A DNA stretch of 32,000 nucleotides, taken from Cupriavidus necator. GTDB taxonomy: Bacteria; Pseudomonadota; Gammaproteobacteria; Burkholderiales; Burkholderiaceae. The position numbers and the translations under genes are program-made. The stretch spans positions 1,830,001-1,862,000 of the forward strand of contig NZ_CP066018.1 in NCBI RefSeq assembly GCF_016127575.1. Reading direction: 5' to 3'. The first letter of the stretch is position 1. Every line of letters starts with the position of its first letter. The notes beneath the pieces are model-generated. The model was not told where the DNA came from and ran no database searches. It saw only the letters and a list, made by a program, of their open reading frames with translations. Below, in pieces: positions 9,514 through 18,162 of this stretch.

Positions 9514-10349
9514 TGTCCGCCATCCACGAAGCCGATCTACATGCCTACGCCGATGGCCAGCTTTCCGGCGCGCGGCGCGCCGCCGTGGAGGCGTACCTGG
9601 CGCAGCACCCGGAGGCGGCGGCACAGGTCGCAGTCTGGCGCAGGCAGGCCGATGCCCTGCACGGGGCGCTGGATCCCGTACTGAACGAACCCGTACCGCT
9701 CGCGGCCTTGCCGCCGGGGCTGCACGGAGATCGCAAGCGCAATGCCGCGCGAACCAGGCCGCGCTGGGCGATGGCGCTGGCGGCCACCTGCGCGTCGGTG
9801 GCGCTGCTGGCGGTGGGCGGCGCTCTCGGCTGGCGGGCGCATGACCGCCTTGGCGGCAGCACGCTGGTGCTGGCGCCCGGCGAGCGCTTTGCGCGCGAGG
9901 CGCTGGCGACGCACGCGGTCTACGCTCCGGAAATGCGCCACCCGGTTGAAGTCGCGGCGACGGAAGAGGCCCATCTGATCGCATGGCTGTCCAAGCGCCT
10001 GGGCACGGCGCTGCAGGTGCCGGACCTGCGCGCGCAGGGCTTCCACCTGATTGGCGGCCGCCTGGGCGTGGCCGAAGGCGGCCCGTCGGCCATCCTGATG
10101 TATGAAGCGGACGACGGTACGCGCCTGTCGCTGCAGTTGCGGCGCATGGCACAGGGCACGCCCGATACGGGCTTCCGCGTCGAGCGCATGCCAGGCGCAG
10201 GCTCCAGGCGGCCAGCCGCCGGCCGCGACCCGATGATGGCCTTCTACTGGATCGACCGCGACCTGGGCTTTGCGCTGGCGGGCCCGCTGGAGCGGGCGCG
10301 GCTGCTCACGGTGGCTCAGATGGTGTACCAGCAATACCAGGGCGGATAG
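9510..10349 (+). CDS. Single-pass transmembrane anti-sigma factor (ZAS-like fold without the Cys ligands) with a periplasmic domain
   Basis: It is translationally coupled to the ECF sigma gene. The N-terminus is anti-sigma-like ([28 protein letters not shown]...WRRQADAL). There is one TM helix ([23 protein letters not shown]) and a ~171-aa extracytoplasmic domain with the conserved-looking block [14 protein letters not shown]...[11 protein letters not shown]. Confidence 0.75.
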   Translation: MMSAIHEADLHAYADGQLSGARRAAVEAYLAQHPEAAAQVAVWRRQADALHGALDPVLNEPVPLAALPPGLHGDRKRNAARTRPRWAMALAATCASVALLAVGGALGWRAHDRLGGSTLVLAPGERFAREALATHAVYAPEMRHPVEVAATEEAHLIAWLSKRLGTALQVPDLRAQGFHLIGGRLGVAEGGPSAILMYEADDGTRLSLQLRRMAQGTPDTGFRVERMPGAGSRRPAAGRDPMMAFYWIDRDLGFALAGPLERARLLTVAQMVYQQYQGG

Positions 10350-10528
10350 CCGCGCGCGAGGTGCAGGCGGCACATTGCGTGCGCCTGGCGCCTCATGACC
10401 CGCGGCATTCCGACGCAGGCACAAAAAACTGTCAGGACTGGCCAGCACTCTCCGACCAAGGCCAGAGTCCAATCCTGCAAGCGTGTGGGCGCGACCGGCG
10501 CCGGCACGGCCAGGCAACGAGGAAAACC

Positions 10529-11530
10529 ATGCTGATCCCTTCCCCCAAATGGCTGCGCGGCGGCGATATCGCCGCCGGCGAGGTCACGCCCCGTCACGTC
10601 TTCGAAGCGCGCCGCCGCATGCTGGCGCTGGCCGCGGCCGGCGCAGCCGGCAGCACGCTGGCGCCGTGGTTTGCGCGCCAGGCCCTGGCGCAGGGGCAGC
10701 ACGGCCAGAAGCTGGCCGCCACGCCCAACAACGCCTATGTCATCACCGACAAGCGCACGCCCTTCGAGGACGTCACCACCTACAACAACTTCTACGAATT
10801 CGGCACCGACAAGTCCGACCCGGCGCGCAACGCCGGCACGCTGCGCCCGCGCCCATGGCAGGTGTCGGTGGAGGGGCTGGTGAAGAAGCCCAAGGTCTAT
10901 GACCTGGACGAGCTGATGAAGCTGGCGGCAATGGAAGAGCGCGTCTACCGCCTGCGCTGCGTGGAGGGTTGGTCGATGGTGATCCCGTGGGTCGGCTACC
11001 CGCTGGCCGAGCTGATCCGGCGCGTCGAGCCGCAGCCTGGTGCCAGGTACATCCAGTTCATCACGCTGGCCGACAAGAAGCAGATGCCCGGCGTCAGCAG
11101 CGGCGTGCTCGACTGGCCGTACAGTGAGGGCCTGCGCATGGACGAGGCCATGCACCCGCTGGCGCTGCTGACCTTCGGCCTGTACGGCGAGGTCCTGCCC
11201 AACCAGAACGGCGCGCCGGTGCGCATGGTGGTGCCGTGGAAGTACGGCTTCAAGAGCGCCAAGTCGATCGTGAAGATCCGCTTTGTCGACAAGCAGCCGC
11301 CCACCAGCTGGAACCTGGCCGCGCCGCAGGAATACGGCTTCTATTCGAACGTGAATCCGGACGTGGACCATCCGCGCTGGAGCCAGGCCACCGAGCGCCG
11401 GATCGGCGAGGAGCGCGGCAGCGGCTTTGGCGCGTTGTTCGCACCCAAGCGCAAGACCCTGCCGTTCAATGGCTACGGCCAGCAGGTGGCGTCGCTGTAC
11501 CAGGGCATGGACCTGAAGAAGTTCTTCTGA
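10529..11530 (+). CDS. msrP: Periplasmic protein-methionine-sulfoxide reductase, molybdopterin catalytic subunit MsrP (YedY)
   Basis: ATG at 10529 follows GAGGA (10519-10523). There is a Tat signal ([17 protein letters not shown]...ALAQG). The sulfite-oxidase-family core includes [30 protein letters not shown] and [19 protein letters not shown]. Confidence 0.9.
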   Translation: MLIPSPKWLRGGDIAAGEVTPRHVFEARRRMLALAAAGAAGSTLAPWFARQALAQGQHGQKLAATPNNAYVITDKRTPFEDVTTYNNFYEFGTDKSDPARNAGTLRPRPWQVSVEGLVKKPKVYDLDELMKLAAMEERVYRLRCVEGWSMVIPWVGYPLAELIRRVEPQPGARYIQFITLADKKQMPGVSSGVLDWPYSEGLRMDEAMHPLALLTFGLYGEVLPNQNGAPVRMVVPWKYGFKSAKSIVKIRFVDKQPPTSWNLAAPQEYGFYSNVNPDVDHPRWSQATERRIGEERGSGFGALFAPKRKTLPFNGYGQQVASLYQGMDLKKFF

Positions 11531-11544
11531 TGCAAGGCGAGCGC

Positions 11545-12228
11545 ATGGCTACCTCTTCCACCAGCGCCGCCGCCGTGGCGGCGCGCAAGCCGGCCGGCCT
11601 GGCCACGCTGTCGCCGCAGCGCGTGCGCGCGCTCAAGCTTGCGGTCTGGCTGCTGGCGCTGCTGCCGTTCGTACGGCTGCTGTACCTGGGTGCCACGGAG
11701 CAGTTCGGCGCCAATCCGCTTGAATTCGTGACGCGCTCCACCGGCACCTGGACGCTGGTGATGCTGTGCCTGACGCTGACCATCACCCCGATGCGCCGCC
11801 TCACTGGCTGGAACTGGCTGATCAAGCTGCGGCGCATGCTGGGCCTGTTCGCGTTCTTCTACGGCCTGCAGCACTTCCTGCTGTGGATCGGGGTGGACCG
11901 CGGCTTTGACCTCGCCTACATGATCAAGGACGTGTACAAGCGGCCCTTCATCACGGTGGGTTTCACCGCCTTCATGCTGATGATTCCGCTGGCGCTGACT
12001 TCCACCAATGGCATGGTGCGCTGGCTGGGCGGCAAGCGCTGGCAGGCGCTGCACAAGCTGGTCTATGCGATTGCGGTGCTGGCCATCCTGCACTACTGGT
12101 GGCACAAGGCGGGCAAGAACGACTTTGGCGAAGTGTCGATCTATGCGGCGGTGGTGTTCGTGTTGCTGGGGATGCGGCTGTGGTGGCGGCTGCGCAAGCC
12201 CGCGGGGGCGCGCCAGCCCGCCGCGTAG
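11545..12228 (+). CDS. msrQ: Haem b membrane subunit MsrQ (YedZ) of the MsrPQ system
   Basis: It lies immediately downstream of msrP. It is a ferric-reductase-like polytopic protein with conserved His-containing helices (FFYGLQHFLLW, ILHYWWHK). An alternative ATG at 11530 overlaps the msrP stop (TGATG). Confidence 0.85.
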   Translation: MATSSTSAAAVAARKPAGLATLSPQRVRALKLAVWLLALLPFVRLLYLGATEQFGANPLEFVTRSTGTWTLVMLCLTLTITPMRRLTGWNWLIKLRRMLGLFAFFYGLQHFLLWIGVDRGFDLAYMIKDVYKRPFITVGFTAFMLMIPLALTSTNGMVRWLGGKRWQALHKLVYAIAVLAILHYWWHKAGKNDFGEVSIYAAVVFVLLGMRLWWRLRKPAGARQPAA

Positions 12229-12234
12229 GCGGGC
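12216..12234. other. GC hairpin overlapping the msrQ stop codon in the 19-bp gap between convergent msrQ and lysA
   Basis: GCCCGCC (12216-12222) / GGCGGGC (12228-12234) with loop GCGTA. There is no T-run on either strand, so any function as a terminator is uncertain. Confidence 0.3.
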
Positions 12235-12247
12235 CGGGCTTGGGGTC

Positions 12248-13507
12248 TTAGTCCTGCAGCAGGCGCTCGTCGCGGAACAGGTCCTCGACCAGTTCGCGCT
12301 CGCGCACCAGGTGCACGCTGGCGCCATCGACCATCACTTCGGCGGCGCGCGGACGGGTGTTGTAGTTGGAGCTCATGGTGAAGCCGTAGGCGCCGGCCGA
12401 CATCACTGCCAGCAGGTCGCCCGGCTGCACCGCGAGCGCGCGGTCGCGGCCGAGCCAGTCACCGGATTCGCACACCGGGCCGACGATGTCGTAGGTCGCC
12501 GCTTGCGCGTCGCGCAGCACCACCGGCTCGATGCGGTGGTAGGCCTCGTACATGGCCGGGCGTGCCAGGTCGTTCATGGCGGCATCGACGATGCAGAAGT
12601 TCTTGGCCGCGCCGGGCTTGAGGAACTCCACCTGCGTCAGCAGCACGCCGGCGTTGCCCACCAGCGAGCGGCCCGGCTCGAACAGCACCTCGCGGTGGCC
12701 GTGGCCGCGCGCGGCCACGCGTTCCAGCAGCGTGGTGGCAAAGCCGGTGATGTCCGGCGGGGTTTCGTCGGTGTAGGTGATGCCCAGGCCGCCGCCCACG
12801 TCGATATGCTCCAGGCGGATGCCGTCGCGCTCGAGCGCCTCGACCACGTCCAGCACCTTGTCCAGTGCTTCCAGATAGGGCTCGACCTCGGTGATCTGCG
12901 ATCCGATATGGCAGTCGATGCCAGTCACTTCCAGGTGCGGCAGCGCGGCCGCGGCGCGGTAGGTCGGCAGCACGTCCTCGAAGGCGATGCCGAACTTGTT
13001 GCCCTTCAGGCCGGTGGAGATATACGGGTGCGTCTTGGCATCCACGTCCGGGTTGATGCGCAGCGACACGCGCGCACGCTTGCCCACGCGGCCGGCCACT
13101 TCGTTGAGGCGGTCCAGCTCGGGGATCGACTCGACATTGAAGCAACGCACGTCATGTGCCAGCGCCAGTTCCATTTCCGCCGCGCTCTTGCCCACGCCCG
13201 AGAACACTACCTTGCGCGGGTCGCCGCCGGCGGCCAGCACGCGCTTGAGTTCGCCGCCCGAGACGATGTCGAAGCCGGCGCCGAGCTTGGCAAACACCTG
13301 CAGCACCGCCAGGTTGGAGTTTGCCTTCATGGCGTACTGGACCTGCGCCTTGCGGCCCTGGCAGGCGGCGGCGTAGGCCTGGTAGGCTGCGGTCAGCGCC
13401 GCGCGCGAGTACACATAGGTGGGCGTGCCGAATTCAGCGGCGATGCGCGCCAGCGGCACCTGCTCGACGGCAAGCGCGCCGTCCTGGCGATGGAAAAATG
13501 CGGTCAT
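12248..13507 (-). CDS. lysA: Diaminopimelate decarboxylase
   Basis: 419 aa starting from the ATG at 13507 (MTAFFHRQDGALAVEQVPLARIAAEFGTPTYVYS). PLP-fold motifs are YAMKANSN, GGGLGI and CESGD. The 621-aa track ORF is an upstream run-on. Confidence 0.95.
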   Translation of the reverse strand: MTAFFHRQDGALAVEQVPLARIAAEFGTPTYVYSRAALTAAYQAYAAACQGRKAQVQYAMKANSNLAVLQVFAKLGAGFDIVSGGELKRVLAAGGDPRKVVFSGVGKSAAEMELALAHDVRCFNVESIPELDRLNEVAGRVGKRARVSLRINPDVDAKTHPYISTGLKGNKFGIAFEDVLPTYRAAAALPHLEVTGIDCHIGSQITEVEPYLEALDKVLDVVEALERDGIRLEHIDVGGGLGITYTDETPPDITGFATTLLERVAARGHGHREVLFEPGRSLVGNAGVLLTQVEFLKPGAAKNFCIVDAAMNDLARPAMYEAYHRIEPVVLRDAQAATYDIVGPVCESGDWLGRDRALAVQPGDLLAVMSAGAYGFTMSSNYNTRPRAAEVMVDGASVHLVRERELVEDLFRDERLLQD

Positions 13508-13509
13508 GG

Positions 13510-13743
13510 TTATCGGGTGGTGGGGGCGGCAGGAGACGAGGCTGGCTGCGCGGCGGGGGCAGGGGTGGCGGGCGGGCCCGGCATGGCATCGGCGCGGCCC
13601 AGGCCCGGATCCGTCACGGTCGGCGGGGTCGGCTCGGGCGGCACTTTGGGCATGGTCAGCGGCCCGCGGATGCCGCATCCGCCCAGTAGGGGCATCGCAA
13701 GGGCGGCGGCAAACGCCGATACAATCGCAACACGACGCAGCAT
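13510..13743 (-). CDS. lptM: Small Pro-rich lipoprotein, LptM (YifL)-like
   Basis: 77 aa. The lipobox plus signature LLGGCGIRGPLTMP matches the E. coli YifL/LptM pattern L-GCG-KGPL-P. A Pro/Thr/Ala-rich tail follows. The stop lies 2 nt before the lysA ATG. The position (divergent from cyaY, upstream of a lysine-pathway gene) mirrors E. coli cyaY / yifL-dapF. Confidence 0.7.
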   Translation of the reverse strand: MLRRVAIVSAFAAALAMPLLGGCGIRGPLTMPKVPPEPTPPTVTDPGLGRADAMPGPPATPAPAAQPASSPAAPTTR

Positions 13744-13888
13744 CGGGTCGTCCTTTAGGCTGTTGGCAAGGCGTTGGATGGTCCGACGCGCAACGGCCGG
13801 GCATCCGAAGGATTCTTAACAAAAAAGCCGTTCGCGCCACGTACGCCCGGTCCGGGCAGCGGCGGCAACGGCGGTCTCGGAGTTTAGC

Positions 13889-14224
13889 ATGCCCCCCTTG
13901 AGCGAAAGCGAGTTCCTGGCCCTGGCCACGCAGGAGCTGGACCGCATCGAAGCCACGGTCGAGGCGGCCGCCGACGCGGCCGACGCCGATATTGAGATCA
14001 GCCGCACCGGCAACGTGATGGAGCTGGAGTTCGAGAACGGCACCAAGATCATCATCAACAGCCAGGCGCCGATGCAGGAACTGTGGGTGGCCGCGCGCGC
14101 CGGCGGCTTCCACTTCCGCCGCGACGGCGAGCGCTGGATCGACACCCGCAACGGCGGCGAGCTGTACGCGGCGCTGTCGGGCTACGTCAGTGAGCAGGCC
14201 GGCGCGGCCCTCACGCTGGGCTGA
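13889..14224 (+). CDS. cyaY: Frataxin homologue CyaY (iron-sulfur cluster assembly)
   Basis: 111 aa with an acidic N-terminal helix ([32 protein letters not shown]) and the conserved core [33 protein letters not shown]. Confidence 0.9.
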   Translation: [111 protein letters not shown]

Positions 14225-14253
14225 CGCAAAGCCTGCCTGGCGGGCAAAAGAAA

Positions 14254-14274
14254 AGCCGGCCTCGTGGGCCGGCT
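14254..14274. terminator. Bidirectional intrinsic terminator shared by convergent cyaY and mrcA
   Basis: AGCCGGCC (14254-14261) / GGCCGGCT (14267-14274) with loop TCGTG. It is flanked by AAAAGAAAA upstream, which gives TTTTCTTTT on the minus strand for mrcA, and by TTCTGCTGTCT downstream for cyaY. Confidence 0.75.
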
Positions 14275-14296
14275 TTCTGCTGTCTGGCGGCCGTGA

Positions 14297-16672
14297 TCAG
14301 GCGCCGCCGAACATCTCCAGGATCTTCTTCTTCTCGGTCTCGGTGTCGGCCGGCGCGTTGGTCGACTCCTCCGGCTTGCCCGGCCACGGATCGCCCAGGC
14401 CCACCGAAGCCACCCCGGCGCCGCCGGCGTTCTCTTCGAAGGTCCAGTCGCCGCCCACCATCAGCACGCCTTCCGGCGCCGGGCGCTCGGGAGACTCCGG
14501 CACGCCCTTGAGCGCCTTGCTCATGTAGCCGACCCAGATCGGCAGCGCCAGGCCGCCACCGGTTTCGCGCACGCCCAGGCTCTTGGGCTGGTCGTATCCC
14601 ATCCAGGCGATCGCCACCAGGTTGGGCGTGTAGCCGGCGAACCAGGCATCGACCGCGTCGTTGGTGGTGCCGGTCTTGCCCGCCAGGTCGTTGCGGCCCA
14701 GGCGCTGCTTGGCGCTGTTGGCGGTGCCTATGCGCACCACGTCGCGGAGCATGGTGTCGGCGAGAAAGGCGGTGCGTGCATCAAGCACGCGCACGGCGTC
14801 GGTGCCGGCGCGTTGCGGCTGGGTTTCGGAGATCACGTTGCCGCGCGCGTCCACCACCTTCTGGATCAGGTACGGGTTGATGCGGTAGCCGCCGTTGGCG
14901 AACACCGAGTACGCGCCCGCCATCTGCAGCGGCGTCACGGCACCCGAGCCCAGCGCCATCGGCAGGTAGGCCGGGTGCTTGTCGGCCTCGAAGCCGAAGC
15001 GCGTGATGTAGTCCTGCGCGTACTGCGTGCCGATCGCGCGCAGGATCCGCACCGAGACCAGGTTCTTGGACTTGGCCAGCGCGCGGCGCATGGTCATCGG
15101 GCCCTCGAAGCGGCCGTCATAGTTCTTCGGTTCCCACACCTGGCCGCCGGTATCGGGGCCGATCGTCAGCGGTGCGTCGTTGATCACCGTGGCCGGCGAG
15201 AAGCCCTTTTCCAGCGCGGCCGAGTAGATGAACGGCTTGAAGCTGGAACCCGGCTGGCGCCAGGCCTGGGTCACGTGGTTGAACTTGTTGCGGTTGAAGT
15301 CGAAGCCGCCCACCATCGAACGGATCTCGCCGTCCTGCGGGTTGATCGACACGAACGCCGCGGCCACTTCCGGCAGCTGGGTCACCGACCAGTTGCCTTT
15401 CTCGTCCTGGGTCACGCGGATGACCGCGCCGGGGCGCATCTTCATCTTGGGTTGCGCGTTGGACGACAGCGACGGCGCGATAAAGCGCAGCGCCGAGCCC
15501 TCGATGGTTGCCACTTCGCCCGACAGCAGCGTCGCCTTCACCTGCCTGGCCGACACGCTGGTGACCACGGCCGAGCGCAGGTCGCCGCTGCCCGGGTGCT
15601 CGACCAGCGCATCGTCGATGGCCTGCTCGCGCTCGGCCGGGTCGGAAGGCAGGTCGATAAAGGCCTCGGGGCCGCGGTAGCCGTGCTTGCGCTCGTAGTT
15701 CATGATGCCGGAGCGCACCGACTCATAGGCGGCGTCCTGGTCCGGCTTGGTCAGCGTGGTGTAGACCGTCAGGCCGCGCGTGTAGGTTTCTTCGCGGTAC
15801 TGCGCGTACATCAGCTGGCGCACGATCTCGGCGACGTACTCGGCGTGGGTCGAGAACTCGTTGCCCTCGGTGCGCACCTTCAGCTCGGCATGCACGGCCT
15901 GCTCGTACTGGTCGGGCGTGATATAGCCCAGGTCGCGCATGCGCTGCAGGATGTACTCCTGGCGCACCTTGGCGCGGCGCGGGTTGACCACCGGGTTGTA
16001 CGCCGACGGCGCCTTGGGCAGGCCGGCCAGCATGGCGGCCTCGGCCGGCGTCACGTCGCGCACCGACTTGCCGAAATACACGCGCGCGGCGCTGTCGAAG
16101 CCGTAGGCGCGCTGCCCCAGATAGATCTGGTTCATGTACAGCTCGAGGATCTGGTCCTTGTTCAGGTTGGCCTCGATCTTGTACGCCAGCAGCATCTCGT
16201 AGATCTTGCGCGTGTAGGTCTTTTCGCTGGACAGGAAGAAGTTGCGCGCCACCTGCATGGTGATGGTGGAGGCGCCCTGCGACAGCCCGCCGCGCAGGTT
16301 GGCCAGCCCGGCGCGCAGCACGCCGACGAAGTCGACGCCGCCGTGCTCGTAGAAGCGGTCGTCCTCGATCGCCAGGACCGCCTTTTTCATCACGTCCGGA
16401 ATCTCGGCGATGGGCACGAAGTTGCGTCGCTCTTCGCCGAATTCGCCGATCAGCACATTGTCCGCGGTATAGATGCGAAGCGGGATCTTGGGCCGGTAGT
16501 CGGTGATGGTGTCCAGCGAAGGCAGGTTGGGCGCGGCCACCAGCAGCGCGTAGCCGAGCAGCAGCGCAATCACGACGGCACCGGCGACAACCAGTCCGAC
16601 CGCCCAGAACATGAGCCGCGTCCAGATCGGACGGCGGGCAGGGTGGGACGGCTTGTGTTGTGCGGTGGCCAT
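14297..16672 (-). CDS. mrcA: Penicillin-binding protein 1A (bifunctional glycosyltransferase/transpeptidase)
   Basis: 791 aa with an N-terminal TM anchor. GT51 motifs are AIEDDRFYEHGGVD and GASTITMQVARN. Transpeptidase motifs are SSFKP, SKN and KTGTTN. It is divergent from pilM, as in many proteobacteria. Confidence 0.95.
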   Translation of the reverse strand: MATAQHKPSHPARRPIWTRLMFWAVGLVVAGAVVIALLLGYALLVAAPNLPSLDTITDYRPKIPLRIYTADNVLIGEFGEERRNFVPIAEIPDVMKKAVLAIEDDRFYEHGGVDFVGVLRAGLANLRGGLSQGASTITMQVARNFFLSSEKTYTRKIYEMLLAYKIEANLNKDQILELYMNQIYLGQRAYGFDSAARVYFGKSVRDVTPAEAAMLAGLPKAPSAYNPVVNPRRAKVRQEYILQRMRDLGYITPDQYEQAVHAELKVRTEGNEFSTHAEYVAEIVRQLMYAQYREETYTRGLTVYTTLTKPDQDAAYESVRSGIMNYERKHGYRGPEAFIDLPSDPAEREQAIDDALVEHPGSGDLRSAVVTSVSARQVKATLLSGEVATIEGSALRFIAPSLSSNAQPKMKMRPGAVIRVTQDEKGNWSVTQLPEVAAAFVSINPQDGEIRSMVGGFDFNRNKFNHVTQAWRQPGSSFKPFIYSAALEKGFSPATVINDAPLTIGPDTGGQVWEPKNYDGRFEGPMTMRRALAKSKNLVSVRILRAIGTQYAQDYITRFGFEADKHPAYLPMALGSGAVTPLQMAGAYSVFANGGYRINPYLIQKVVDARGNVISETQPQRAGTDAVRVLDARTAFLADTMLRDVVRIGTANSAKQRLGRNDLAGKTGTTNDAVDAWFAGYTPNLVAIAWMGYDQPKSLGVRETGGGLALPIWVGYMSKALKGVPESPERPAPEGVLMVGGDWTFEENAGGAGVASVGLGDPWPGKPEESTNAPADTETEKKKILEMFGGA

Positions 16673-16933
16673 AAGGGAAATACCTAGTCAGGGGTGCCCG
16701 GGATTATATCTTCCGGCATCGGCCCGCCCGGGCGTACAGTGGTGCGGGCGCCGCTATCGCGCTGTTACAAGATGTAATGTGGCGAATGCGTGCACGCACG
16801 GCGCTGTTGCGTGCAGCTAAAGGGGTGCGGGCAGGCGCACAAGCGCCCACGGAAGGGAACCCGACGACCGTGGGGTTTTGGCAACGGATTGGTGAGGGGC
16901 TTCTCAAAAAGAACTCGGCGCCAGTTCGGCACA

Positions 16934-16962
16934 TTGCCACCGATGCTGGATTTTGTGAGAAT
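16934..16962 (+). promoter_or_regulatory. Candidate sigma70 promoter for pilMNOPQ (TTGCCA-N17-GAGAAT with a TGn extension)
   Basis: The -35 is TTGCCA at 16934-16939, followed by a 17-nt spacer. TG is at 16954-16955, and the -10 GAGAAT is at 16957-16962. It lies in the lower-GC part of the 387-bp mrcA-pilM spacer, ~90 nt upstream of the pilM start. This is pattern match only. Confidence 0.3.
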
Positions 16963-17059
16963 CGACCAACATAAAAGAGCAAACGTTTCATTCAAGAAAC
17001 AAGGCTCGCCCGATTAGAGCGTTCAAGCCAGGGGCGAGTTCAAAAGTCAGGGGGTCACC

Positions 17060-18145
17060 TTGCGTCGGGGCATTTTGTCGGGGCTTCTACGCCGGACTAC
17101 GGTCGGTGTGGATATCGGGTCGTCCAGTGTCAAGGTAGTCGAGCTGTCCGTAGGGGGCAGCAGGCAAGACTATCGGCTGGAAAAATGCGCCAGCGAACTG
17201 CTGGACCGCAACGCCGTTGCCGATGGCAACGTCATCAATATCGAGGCCGTCGGGATCGCGCTCAGACGCGCGCTGGGCAAGGCCGGCATCCGTTCGAAGG
17301 ACGTGGTGCTGGGCGTGCCGTCCATGCTGACGGAGTCACAGACGGTCAGCCTGCCGGACAACCTGTCCGACGACGAGCTGTATTCCCAGGTCGAATCCGA
17401 GGCGCACCGGCTCTATCCGCCGTCGCAGGCGGTCAACTTCGACTTCGCCGTGATCGGCCCCAGCGAGACCGAGGGCGGTATCGGGGTGCGCGTCACGGCG
17501 GCCAACAGCGACCGCGTGCAGGAGCGCGTGACCGCGGCCGAGATGGCGGGGCTCAAGCCCCAGGTCATGGATGTCGAGGAATACGCGGTGCAGCGCTCGA
17601 TCGTGCAGATGCTGGGCGTGCCGCACGAGATGCCCGAGGCCGATGCGCGCGCGCTGCCGGTGGTGGCGGTGATCCATCTGGGCGGCAGCCGTTCCAAGGC
17701 GATCTTCTACCAGGGCTGGAAGGAACTCTACGAGCAGCCGCTGAACAGCTACGGCGACCAGCTCACGCAGAGTGCGGCGCGCATGTTCACCCTCGACGCG
17801 CTCAAGGCCGAGATCAAGAAGCGCAAGAACACGCTGCCTGAAGCCTGGCGCGCGCAGTTGCTCAAGCCGTCGCTGGATGCACTGGCGATGGAAGTGCAGT
17901 CCGCGGTCGGCAACTTCATCGCCAGTTCCAGCCTGGGCCGGGTCGACGAGATCCTGCTCTCGGGCGGACATGCGTCGCTGCTCGGCGTGCAATCGGCAAT
18001 CCAGCACCAGACCAAGATCACCACCACGCTGGCGAACCCGTTCGCCAACATGGCGACCAACGCCAAGGTCAACGAGCGCTACCTGCAGCGCGACTTGCCG
18101 GCGTACATCGTCAGTGCCGGCCTGGCCTTGCGCGGCCTGCAATAA
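17060..18145 (+). CDS. pilM: Type IV pilus assembly ATPase-fold (actin-like) protein PilM
   Basis: 361 aa with VGVDIGSSSVKVVELS at the N-terminus and first position in the pilMNOPQ order. The start appears to be TTG at 17060, preceded by AGGGGG (17049-17054). Confidence 0.85.
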   Translation: MRRGILSGLLRRTTVGVDIGSSSVKVVELSVGGSRQDYRLEKCASELLDRNAVADGNVINIEAVGIALRRALGKAGIRSKDVVLGVPSMLTESQTVSLPDNLSDDELYSQVESEAHRLYPPSQAVNFDFAVIGPSETEGGIGVRVTAANSDRVQERVTAAEMAGLKPQVMDVEEYAVQRSIVQMLGVPHEMPEADARALPVVAVIHLGGSRSKAIFYQGWKELYEQPLNSYGDQLTQSAARMFTLDALKAEIKKRKNTLPEAWRAQLLKPSLDALAMEVQSAVGNFIASSSLGRVDEILLSGGHASLLGVQSAIQHQTKITTTLANPFANMATNAKVNERYLQRDLPAYIVSAGLALRGLQ

Positions 18146-18162
18146 CGCACCGGAGGCATCAG

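Noticed and set aside
16704-17017. Small ORFs in the mrcA-pilM spacer (16704-16991 -, 16765-16995 -, 16777-16974 +, 16790-17017 +), and a sigma54-like TGGCAACGGATTGGT near 16880.
   Set aside because: The ORFs have no RBS, overlap one another in several frames, and have non-protein-like composition. The sigma54 match fails at the -12 GC element (TTGG instead of TTGC at the wrong register).
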